A stretch of DNA of 64,000 nucleotides, taken from the NCBI RefSeq assembly GCF_009914755.1, contig NC_060928.1. The stretch is one strand, 5' to 3'. Below, piece after piece: positions 28,942 to 40,640 of the stretch. Both the position numbers and the translations under genes were made by a program. A model generated the notes under the pieces. It was given only the letters and a program-made list of their open reading frames with translations. It made no database searches and was not told the origin of the DNA. How positions within the stretch are numbered: position 1 is the first letter of the stretch; every line of letters starts with the position of its first letter. Origin of the DNA: the human T2T-CHM13v2.0 reference genome, Homo sapiens.

Positions 28942-31900
28942 GTGTGCTGGAGTTTATCTTAATTTTTTCAAGTGAGAGTCCCATTTTATGTAGGTTTTAT
29001 GGGCAAATTCTATTTTTCTTTCTCCTGCCTTTCTTTGTTTTGGAAGCAGACCTGCAGACTCCTTTCGCATTCCACCCCTCTTGGTGCTTTTATTTTCCAC
29101 TTTCCTTAGGTTTTCCTTAGTAAAAAATGGATTCCTTCTGATAAACAAATGCCTGATTCATCAATATGTGTTTGTTTCTCCATAACGTTATAAAATGTAT
29201 TGTGGTTTGTCAGTACTTGTTGTTCATTTATTTTTATATTAAATATCTATGTATTTATTTTGAGAAATAAGATATTTTCTTCAGGTAAGTAATATAAAAG
29301 AAGACTTGATTCAATAGTCTTAATATTACAAGATCAAGAAAACAAATCTTACTTTGTTATACCATAAAGTACACTCTGAGCACAAACCATTAGTACTGAT
29401 GAAAGCATTTCAATCAACTCTGGGGAGAATTACATTGAACTAAGCAGTGGAGGATAAAGACAGTGTACTGGGCAGTAGCAGCTTGGGTTCCGCCTTAGTT
29501 CTGCCATTGCCAGTAAGAGCTGCCTCAGGCAGGTCATAAAATTGCTTTTTCTTCTGTGGCTATATGTTAAAAACAAGGCTTTTGAGTATGGTTCCTCTGT
29601 ACATCCTCCAGCTTGAAAATGATCCAAAAATTAATTGTATCTCAGAAAAAAAAAAACCACCATAGATCTCTTTAAAACCACTTACAATGTAAGCATTCGG
29701 ACATGGTTTTACCTTTCCCGAGTATAAAAATGTGTTAGGAACACAGAAAGCTTAAAATACATCATATGTAAAGAAACCACAAGAGAAAATTATTCAAATA
29801 AAAGTTTTATAAAAGTCCTAGTCAGTGATCCACTTACTTAAAATTATATTTGAAAGAAAATTCACAATTACAAAGAGACTTCCATGATTCTTTCAAGTTG
29901 AATGTGATTGGCAGTATTTAAATTTTCTGGGCAATTTTTAATAAAATTTCTACTATCCTCTGTGGAAATCTTTGGTTGTTTTTTTTTTTCTTTCTCGGTC
30001 ACAGGTGAAAGATTAGTGGTGTGTATGTGTGCAACTTAGTGAGAATGTGCCATTGCAGAAAAGGATATATTTGTTAAAACAAGGCCATTGTGTGTCTAAA
30101 ACCATCTGAGCTTCCCCAGGAGGCATCTTGCCAGATGCGGAGGATGATTTTACATTATTTCAGAAACACCAAAGTCAATAATCAAAAGTGACTACAGGAA
30201 TATAGGCAAGTCGTTTGTCAATACAATGAAATAATTCAGCTCACTTTGAATTTAAAATTTCTTAAGGGATATATGTCTTTAGAATTAGACGGCATAGAGC
30301 TCATTGAATTCTCTTTACATCATTGCTGACATTCTGTCAGCTTGTGCTTAAGTATTTCCTATAATGGGGCCCATCCCACCTCAGAATCTCATATATTCTA
30401 TTGTTGAAACACTCCATTTGTTATGTATATATTTTTTTCTTCCACTAAGCTGAAATTTTTCTCTGGTCTTTAGAGCAAAGAAGAGCAAAGCATTCTTCTG
30501 TTGTCTGTGGCAATCCTTTAAATACTTGGAAACAGCTAACCTGTCTTCCTTTAGTCTTCCATTTCTGTAATGAATCAGAACCATCAATATGAGACAGTAT
30601 CTGGGTCTTTCTTCTTGGTTACTCCACCTAAAGTGTCTCTTTATATCTCAATGTCCCTATTTCATTGTAGCACTCAATGAATTGTACATTACACAATTCA
30701 TCAGATGTGCTTTGGCAGAACAATTAAGTAAACCCTATAAAGGCTTGTTTTATTTTGCTTTTTTCTTTGTTTTCCTTAGGACAAGTGACAGGTAATTGTG
30801 TCATTATAAACATATTAACATGTGCTGACATATTAGTAAATTTTGAATGATGTTAAATGAAGATTTTCACCCTATCTGGAAATTAAATGTATTCTACTCT
30901 ATTCAGTACATAGAAGAGTCATAGGTATTTATTTTAAAACAAATAATAAATTTGGACCACATTTTGTTTAGCTTTTTTGCTAATTCAGATATAATTTCTA
31001 ACTTCTAATATAATGAAAAAGTAAAACTGATTAATCTGTATGTTTTTCCTAATTCAATATCTGCCTTCTTGTCTTACTTTATTTTTACTGGTATCTTAAA
31101 GTATGAGATTTTCCCAAGGATGGAATACTTCTATAAAAACTATCAAACTGCAGTTCTCACAATGTAAGAATTTTAAATAATACTGTATTGATACAAATTT
31201 TTATTCTTGGGATCTATGACTGGTTATTGCTACTTGGATTGTCAATAAATACACAAAGGATTCTTCTGAATGTATTTGTCTTTTATTCCAGTAAATTCAA
31301 TAACTTTTACTGACTTTTTTAAAAAACCAAAGTAAATAACTTTATTAATGTTTTCCAGAGTCAGAAGTTGAATTGTACACTATTTAATGTTTTGATATTT
31401 TTTAAGATGTTAAGAAACTATGGTAGTGCTTAAAATAATTCTTTTTTACCACTGACCAAAAATAAATCTTGGTGATTGTCATATTGCTACTAATCTTATG
31501 CTTTCAGATGAATGCACTTATATTCTTACTGGCAAGGTGAAATCTTACATGAAATATAGGTGGCTCGGTATGTACTGGAGTGGTTTATGTTGAATTACCA
31601 CTTGGTTCTCTTCTGTGGGTCCTCTGGTTCAGTTGCACCAATGCTATCCAAGCATAGAAGCATTCTTTTTTAAAGTACCTATTCTTGGTTGTAACACCAT
31701 TTATTTAAAATATGTAAAGATGTGTTTATTGTGTTACTGAGGCATACAGAATTAGGAATGAAGATGAATAATATACTTTTATTACACTGAATTTGGAGTC
31801 TATCTGGAAATATTTTAAATTTCACGCAGAGTACTTCTGGACCATTATCTTCTTGTCAGTATTAGGAATTTAATTTTTGTAAAGATAAATCACATTATAC

Positions 31901-33473
31901 AAAAACCTGTCAACAAAACATAATTTAGAGAGGAAGTCATGATTTTACTAAAATAATTTACATTTTAAAGTAATTTAATTCAATTCTAAAGCTTTAAAGA
32001 AACATAGTCCTAGAACAGAATATAGTGAAGAATATATTATAGTTGGTAAGAATACAAGATCATTTTAGAATGTATATAAATAGATTTTCTGTGATAGTTT
32101 TCAAAGCCTAAGGCAGATGTGAAGTGAAGGAGATTGCAGCAGACAGAATTGGAAGAAGTCTGGAAGACTTTTTTCTGATCCCAGTTCTACCATATTAGCA
32201 GGGTGGTGTTAGATAAAGGCTCAGCCCCTCTGGGCTGCAGTCTCCTCTTCTCTGAAAAGTGGGAATTGAATTTCAATGATCTCTCATGTGCTTTCCAGTT
32301 CTAAAATGCTTTCATTTAAGGAATGAGCCATAATGAGCCTGCAAGCATTTACATCTCTCGATATACTGGCTTGGCCCTTCCTTTCAAATTCTTACTTTAA
32401 AGTTCTTTTGAAACTTTAAAAGAGATTTCCTCTGCATTTTGAAATGTTGTTGATCTTTCTGCTGAGAAGCAAATCAACCTTTAAAGAACCAAAACTGTCT
32501 CTTTAAACTGTCATTAAATTATAGTAAGATAGAACCCTTTGAAATGATCTGGCCCAGTGAATTTGCTGGTTTTTATTTTATGATACTTTACCCTTTTTGT
32601 AGACAAAATCAGCAAGAACAACTCTGTTAACCAGGCTAAAATAAGAGGTTTTTTTCCTTAAAAAAATAATTTTGATAGGATTGTTTTTAAAGGATCAACT
32701 CTCAAAATGTTTGATTGCATACAATTGTGCAACAATCCAGAAGAAAACCTAATATTGTTGGTTGCGTTTTTCCCCTCTCACATTTTCTGTATTCAGAATA
32801 ATAAATAAATGTAACCTTTTTTTCCTCCATAGTTACACAACCTTTGAATATGAGCTCCAAAAATGACAATATTGCTCAGTTTTTATTTAAAACTGATCAA
32901 AAAATTCATATATGTATAATAGAGAAATAACTTTTGTGCAGGAAAAGAGAAGATACATAAGGCGGGAAAAAATGAACACAATTATGAAAGTCTTCAATTC
33001 TGGTTTCTCTCTGTATAAAAGCTTCAGATTTTATTTATACTTTTACTGAAAAAATTTAAAATTAAATAACATTCCTTGAAGCACGTATACTCTAACATAC
33101 ACACACATATGTGACATTGAAATATATTGGTGAAAATAGTCATGGTCTGCCCTCAAATTTTTACTCTCCTTGGTTTATGTGATGATCTTAAGTGTGTATT
33201 TGTTTGAAATTTACAAATGGTGGAAACGCTTATTAAAGACTCATTATATTAGCATGTGTTAAGGGGGATTTCTTATTTTCTGACTAACATTTCAGTATTT
33301 TTAATTATGGTAAATCATGTAACCCAGACTCATGAATTTTGGGGCAGTGGAAATTATTTCCTTTGACTCTTTTTTCTGCATATCATCAATTTGCTTTTTA
33401 CTCATGTTTCTTCTACTGTCGCTGTAAGCTTACTTGTTGTTTTTTCTTTCCTTTTCTTCATGCTGTCGTTTAG

Positions 33474-33525
33474 AGCCCTACAGAGAGACAAGTATGGGAG
33501 TAAAGCTAAACATTGCATATCAAAT
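33474..33525 (+). CDS. ADGRL3: ADGRL3 dual-donor cassette exon: short form 33474-33491 (18 nt, EPYRET[K], in frame); long form 33474-33525 (52 nt, EPYRETSMGVKLNIAYQ[I], frameshifting)
   Basis: Long pyrimidine tract ending gtttag|AG; donors CAA|gtatgg and AAT|gtaatt; open in phase 1; peptide matches latrophilin-3 C-terminal variants I recall. Confidence 0.85.
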
Positions 33526-33919
33526 GTAATTTTTTTTAGTTCACTTTTATTGCATCACATATAGATGATGTAGTTATTAAAAACAGTTCATCTCACAATT
33601 TAAAAACTAAAAAGCCTATGAATCGACTTATATAAATATATGTTAATAGAGATTAGACGCTTTTGTTGTCTGATTCTTTTATTGTCACATAATCAACATA
33701 GTTGTTAAGTTTCATGTAATGTTTGTGTGAGTTAAATTGTTTTTAAATTAAGCATTTATTTTTGCTAAGTAATTCATAAACTTTTAATTTTTATTAGTAC
33801 ATTCCATCATAAAAATGTGTCACGTGCAACATATCCACTTTATTTTACTATGGCTGTTTTCAGCCCGTACCTAATGCATTGACAAACCGAAATAATAAAC
33901 ACGTGTTTCAATGCATCAG

Positions 33920-33980
33920 CCATCCAACCATAGCCATCAAGCATATCATAGCAGCTTCTGCAAAAGCTATCACCCATCAC
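33920..33980 (+). promoter_or_regulatory. YCAY cluster (candidate NOVA-binding splicing element)
   Basis: Seven YCAY tetramers in 61 nt (33920, 33928, 33934, 33946, 33970, 33974, 33977). Confidence 0.55.
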
Positions 33981-35416
33981 ATACAGCCCTTTAAGAAGCA
34001 TTTACTTTTATTTTTTCCTAACATTGTGGATTTGTCTACAAGATATAAAATGAAAATAAATCGCTTCACCCTATGTCTGTGATGGCTGCTTATTAATACA
34101 ATTTATGCATTGCTAATTTTGAAAACTGTCTTACTTGAATACACAGTATGCATCAGGAGTCCAAATAAAAATTGGCATATTTGAATCACGTAATTTAAAC
34201 TAGTAATGAACTAGTTGAGTTTTGATAAATAATTGCATCACAGATATAGAATGAATGCTATATTTTCACAAGTTAGCAATATATTAAGAAGTTTAATAGA
34301 ATTCTCCAATTAATATTTCTGTAAATAAGCACCCTTTCTTATTTACCAATATTGTTTAAATGTGTTTTTTCATTTTGTGGTTGCATTTGAAGTGATTTAT
34401 GAAGCTATTATAGATTCTTGTTTTTCTGTTCATTCAATGGAATGCAAAAACCTTGAAGAAATATGTGGTCAGATTTATTTCACTGCAGCTGTTTCTTACC
34501 AGAATAAAATGTTTATCCTTTTGAAACCCAAACTTTAACATGCACACAAATCCATCACTCATTATATAATGGTAACATTAATACTGACACAATGTTTTTA
34601 GGCACCAGATACCTGTGTCTTTACACATTCTTTTGTAGTATTACCTAATGACCCTAAAAAAATCTCTGATGGGATGGTATATAATAACAGCCAAAATGCT
34701 TATAGCAGAAAAAAAAATTAGAAAGTAAATCCAAATACTTTTGTTTCGAAAATTCCTCGGTGTAAATTCTTTTGATGTGCCATTTATCTGACTAAACATT
34801 ATTTCATGACCTCATCATTCTGAGAAATTTAACATAATCCTTTTGTGGTTTTGTATGAAGGGATTATTTTTAATCTTACAAAATTAAATATCAATTTATT
34901 AGACACTGCTTGTTGCTTTTACTTTTGACCAGTATATTCAAAGTACCACACATGAATTATGTTAATATTATACCTATTTTGATGCTAAGACAATTTGTAA
35001 AATTAAAGGTAATGGAGTATTTAACTGACTTTGATGTGTATAAATTGAAAGCTATGAATGACTACACCAAAATTTTATGTTATTTTGTCCAAGTTATAAC
35101 CAAATATACTTCAAATAATGTCAGCCAATGTTTGTGTGGCAATTGCAAATTGATAATTTATAGGTTTTTAAAAATTATTTTAAAGATCTACTTTAAATAT
35201 GATTTTCCCATTTATATGGTTTCAATCACTGGTCCAATTATACACATATATAGATTTAATAGTATTTTCTGTTTCCTTCCAAACATTTTATACTTAAGTA
35301 AATGCTAGCAATTTATACATATTTCATAGTCAATGAATGTTTTTGCTTCTGTGTTTGTGTGTGTGTTCTATGGCTTGTTGGATATAAATGTCATAGTATC
35401 TTGTAATCTTTTTCAG

Positions 35417-36216
35417 AGGGGCTTCTGAACAATGCCAGGGATACAAGTGTCATGGATACTCTACCACTGAATGGTAACCATGGCAATAGTTACAGCATTG
35501 CCAGCGGCGAATACCTGAGCAACTGTGTGCAAATCATAGACCGTGGCTATAACCATAACGAGACCGCCCTAGAGAAAAAGATTCTGAAGGAACTCACTTC
35601 CAACTATATCCCTTCTTACCTGAACAACCATGAGCGCTCCAGTGAACAGAACAGGAATCTGATGAACAAGCTGGTGAATAACCTTGGCAGTGGAAGGGAA
35701 GATGATGCCATTGTCCTGGATGATGCCACCTCGTTTAACCACGAGGAGAGTTTGGGCCTGGAACTCATTCATGAGGAATCTGATGCTCCTTTGCTGCCCC
35801 CAAGAGTATACTCCACCGAGAACCACCAGCCACACCATTATACCAGAAGGCGGATCCCCCAAGACCACAGTGAGAGCTTTTTCCCTTTGCTAACCAACGA
35901 GCACACAGAAGATCTCCAGTCACCCCATAGAGACTCTCTCTATACCAGCATGCCGACACTGGCTGGTGTGGCCGCCACAGAGAGTGTTACCACCAGCACC
36001 CAGACCGAACCCCCACCGGCCAAATGTGGTGATGCCGAAGATGTTTACTACAAAAGCATGCCAAACCTAGGCTCCAGAAACCACGTCCATCAGCTGCATA
36101 CTTACTACCAGCTAGGTCGCGGCAGCAGTGATGGATTTATAGTTCCTCCAAACAAAGATGGGACCCCTCCCGAGGGAAGTTCAAAAGGACCGGCTCATTT
36201 GGTCACTAGTCTATAG
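35417..36216 (+). CDS. ADGRL3: ADGRL3 terminal coding exon: (E)GLLNNARDTSVMDTLPLNGNH...GSSKGPAHLVTSL*, latrophilin cytoplasmic domain with class I PDZ-binding motif
   Basis: ctttttcag|AG acceptor; in frame with track ORF 35452-36216; motifs DTLPLNGN, RDSLYTS, YYKSMPNL and C-terminal LVTSL; locally raised GC. Confidence 0.98.
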
Positions 36217-37723
36217 AAGATGACACAGAAATTGGAACCAACAAAACTGCTAACACCTTGTTGACTGTTCTGAGTTGATATAAGCAGTGGTAATAATGTG
36301 TGTACTCCTAAATCTTTATGCTGTCCTCTAAAGACAAACACAAACTCTCAGACTTTTTTTTTTTTAATGGGATTTTTAGGTCAGCCCAGGGGAGAAAGAT
36401 AACTGCTAAAATTCCCCTGTACCCCATCCTTTCTTGTCCTTTCCCCTTCAGATGGAGACTTCATTATGTTAATGAACAAGATATGAAGAAAATGGCACTC
36501 ATTGTGGCCTTGTTGAATTATGTTGTGTATGTTTTAACATCTCTGATGCTGTGTTACTAAAATTACAAGGACCTGCTTTTTAAAAGGCCAGAACAATTGT
36601 CTGAAATTAGTAACAATGCTGCATCTAGATTGGAGTGCTGCACAAACAAACATAAGAGCAAAGCAAAACTGTATCACATAGGGTTTTTGGTCACTCACAA
36701 CCTGAATTCACCACAGCTGGAATAGCTGTGGAAAACAAAATAAAACAACAAAATTAATAATGAAATGGAGGGGAATTCTAGAATTATATGCTAAATGCAT
36801 ATTTTATGATTTGCTGTATTAACTGATGATAAAACTAATGGCAGAAAAAGAAGTTGAGCAATTTCTATGTAATGTACAGATACTAGCATTGCACATATAG
36901 TCTGCTTTCTGTTCCTCCAGAATTTGAGTCCTGTTAATGTAGTAGAAAAAAAAAAAAGAAATTTTCTTTTTCTTTTGTGCTGGTCTTGCAAGTTTGTCTA
37001 CCAGTAAGAGAGCAAAGTTTCCTTCCTTTCTTCTCTTTCTTCATTTTCTTTTTTTCTTTTTTGCCTTTTATTCCTTTAAAATTTCGCCTGGCAAAAAATA
37101 AATAAATGGAACTATCACTTTATAAGAATCATTTTCTAGTAATGCAAACAAATTATTTTTTACAAAAAAACAAAATAAATAAAATTAGACTTCCTTCCCT
37201 CACTATATATCTTTATGCAGTCAGAATATTTCCAACAGTGTTTTTTGCAAATTAGAGCAGGACAAACTTTTATGTTTACAGGGCACGTCTGTTGTAATGC
37301 AAAGCATATTTGGCAAGCAGTTCATCACCAGGACACTAGCTATGATTCTAGAAGTCAAAAGGTGTCTATAGAACTAGTGGGGCTTCTGCATGTGAAAAAC
37401 GGTTTTCCATAGGCATTAAAGTGCTGAATGCTCAGTCTGATCAACAAGTGGGCACCTGCACTACCACTTTTTAGAGGAAATTCACTCCCTCGTAAGCATT
37501 GGAAGGTCAAATTATTTTGAAGTGATTTTTTTAAAAAAAAGTCTTCTGTTTATTAACAGGAAAATTTATTTATTTGACAGGATTTTGAGTAATGTAGGAA
37601 TACAAAAGGTAAATTAGCAGCACATATAATTTTTTTTTAATTTATGATCCATTTTGTATGGTCTCAAAGTTGGATGACCTCATTACTAATATTTGTTGTA
37701 AAAGTGAAACTTGTTTGCCAACC

Positions 37724-37729
37724 AATAAA
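37724..37729 (+). terminator. Proximal polyadenylation signal AATAAA
   Basis: AATAAA with upstream TGTA motifs and downstream GT-rich (ttgtattgatgtatgt) then long T-rich element. Confidence 0.7.
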
Positions 37730-40491
37730 CAACTGATTGAGATTTAGAAGATATTGTATTGATGTATGTACTATATGATTAATCAGTCTTTTTATTTTTC
37801 TCGCCTTTCTTTCTTTCTGTTTTCAATACATAAACTTTGCTAATCCTCTGTGGCCCAAATGAGCCATGCAAAAGAAATCAATCTGCCTAGATGAATAAGC
37901 TAAGCACAAAATCATACAGGTTTGCAGACAAAGTAAACCAGAAAAATGGAATGGGCATGTTTATTTTGGATGAAATCAGATGCATAACTTAATGTTGAGC
38001 AGGTTAACATATATGTTACTATTTGCTTATCTATAAACCAGCTGCAGTCACTATGCTTACCTTTAAAACCAGATTCAATCAGAGATATAAATATGAAATT
38101 TGGGGGCTGGGTGAGTCATATTTTTTCCTCCTTTGTACATTGCATTTTGATGTTAGAAATTCAAATTCCCTCAATTTGCTAAAAGCTGCAAAGAGAATAT
38201 TCATTTTATAAAGATATAATAAGACTTTTATTGTGTTTTTTTCTTATTCTATATATGAGGGAAATCGGAAAAGATAAAGAAGTTCTTTCAAAGAAACTTT
38301 CTAGATCTCTCATTACTGCAGATCCTTTATAGCAGTGTCCAAGTACAGATCCCCTGTTAGGGCAAAGCTAAAAGGAACCTGCCAAATTATAATTTCTCCT
38401 GTAGTGTGTTTTATCTCGGGGTTTCCTTTTTCAAAAATCTAAACACTATCCATCTATAAATGACTATCTTAAATCAAGTTTAGAGAATGGCCAATAATCT
38501 GTATATAGTTTATAAATACATGACAAAAAAATTTCTGCTGAGCCAGAGTGCATCATAACCTTCACATCACCTCAAAATATTTTATGTCTCATTCTTTTTT
38601 AGTGAATTGGCATGAATATTTTTTAAGTCTACAGATTTTATGTTAGAGGAGAATCACAAGCGTTAATGATAATTAGGTTTTCTCACACCACACTATGGCA
38701 ATATTAGCACGTCCAAGGCTTTTAACCCACCCGATACATAGAATACATTTGGCAATAAAAGAATCCTTTTTAGATGTGTTTATGGTAACTTCAGAAACAC
38801 AAATGTGGTCTGTGGATTATGAGCACTTATGCTTGTTTTGTCAAACAGTAACCTACATGAAAGCAACTCTATCAGTAAGAAGCTGGTTTCACAGAAAAAT
38901 GGGGAAACTACCTCAATTCAGCTTGCTGATTTTCTGACATTGCTACCTCCCTGCCCATTATTTTTGTGTTTCTATATGGAAATTTGAAGCAGGTAGCTTC
39001 TCAAGCTCTACATAGACCAAACTGAAGAAAGATCACTTGAATACACAAACTGGTGCAGAAGAACATTCAGCATATAAAGTTACTACCAAGCTCTTGCATC
39101 AAGAAAAAAGAGTGAGATTTTTGAACTCTATACATCATAAATGGCATGCTTTCAGAGAGACTTAAGATCCCAAAGATTATAACAGAGAGAAATTTCCCCT
39201 GCAAGTATTATGTAACCGTAATTAAAAAAAATGGATAAAGGAGCTAATTTTACATACATTTCAATAGAAATTTGCATATATCTAACATATTCATTTTGTC
39301 CTGTTTACACTAGCAAGGGTTGAATTCCTGAACTTGAATCTTTTTCTTCATATACATTTTCTTATAGAGCTATTGATGAATTAATTAATGATTTTTTAAT
39401 TGTTCTTTTTTCTACCACCTTTTGTGACTCAATTTTTTAAGATCCTGAGACATTTATGACCTGCTTATCTGTATATTTTTATGTGTTCATCTGAATTTCC
39501 AGTAAGAAGTAAATTTCCGTCAAACAGATGTAGTATACCGCTATAATACAGCTTATTTAGCCAGCTAGAAGTAAAACTTATGCCACCGAAACAAACAAAT
39601 GATTACTTTCTTGTCAAATAATATTTTTGTCACATTTTTAGACTTGGTTGTTTTTCCTCTTTGAAATCTAGTTCACATGACACTTTATCAGGGACACTAG
39701 CTAATGGACCTCATGTTTAGTTAATTCTGAAACTGATGGATTGTTGCACAGCCTCTGCTCCTAACTGATAAATATTTGCGGCAAAGTCCAAATTTTGTGA
39801 AGGAGAAATTGGTTGGAATTAAATTTTATGGGCGTCCCTTCTTGTTTCCACTATATTATAATTAAACACACTGAAGTTGAATAATAAATTACTGTGCTAA
39901 AATAATTGTAATAACAAAAATGAACTGACAGAACAATTATCTTGAAGTAACAATAATCAGGAAAATATCTAACAAAAAGCACGTAAGGGAAATATCCTTA
40001 ACTTCCTGTAAAAAAAATTCACATTGACTCTAAATTAAGATGTAGTTTATCATCTGTATTTTAAAATATCCATCATAACTAAAAATGTTGACATATTAAG
40101 GAAAGGATCTTTAAGATCTAGGTTTAAGATTCTTATTAGTATTAACTTAATTGGTATGACAAAACTTTTCATAATAGATATAAGCATATAAGGGAATTAG
40201 TAACATTTATAAAGGACCCACATATTTAATTTTAGGCATTGTCTTCAGCTTCCCTGGACCCCCAACACATGTTGAAATGTTATTGACTAGCTTGCTTTTT
40301 TTAAGGAATGACATTAAAAATTTCGACTGACTTTCTACATTACTGTAAAGATCAAAAGGGAGAGGAAAAATAGTTTACAAGTTTTCTAAAGATCAACTCC
40401 AGACTAATCTATATCATCCCCTAATAATGAAAAAACAATTAGTTTTTAGAAGTTGTCTATCAGTACTGTACCGAAGTGCTACTGCTTGGAT

Positions 40492-40640
40492 TTTTTTGTT
40501 GTGGTTTTAAAGAGATGGGGTCTTGCTCTGTCACAAAGACTGAAGGGCAGTGGCACAATCCCAGCTCACTGCAGCCTCAGACTCTTGGGCTCAAGTGATC
40601 CTGCTGTCTCAGCCTTCTGCGTAGCCATGATCACAGGTTT
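40492..40640 (-). mobile_element. Alu monomer (FLAM-like) within the putative long 3'UTR
   Basis: gagatggggtcttgctctgtc...gctcaagtgatcct...tgagccac; single arm. Confidence 0.85.

Noticed and set aside
34910-35308. 132-aa ORF upstream of the terminal exon
   Set aside because: TTG start, AT-rich codon composition, no recognisable motif; chance intronic ORF
35415-35420. cagAG tandem acceptor that would shift the frame of the last exon
   Set aside because: A GAG acceptor 2 nt after a CAG is rarely used, and the same pattern occurs trivially at two other exons
35569-35959. Overlapping ORFs 35569-35868 (-), 35684-35893 (+) and 35765-35959 (-)
   Set aside because: Shadow ORFs of the GC-richer ADGRL3 coding exon; no independent support
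36945-37106. U-rich and A-rich tracts suggesting an ENE-like triple helix
   Set aside because: No flanking stems defining a U-rich internal loop; low-complexity UTR sequence is sufficient explanation
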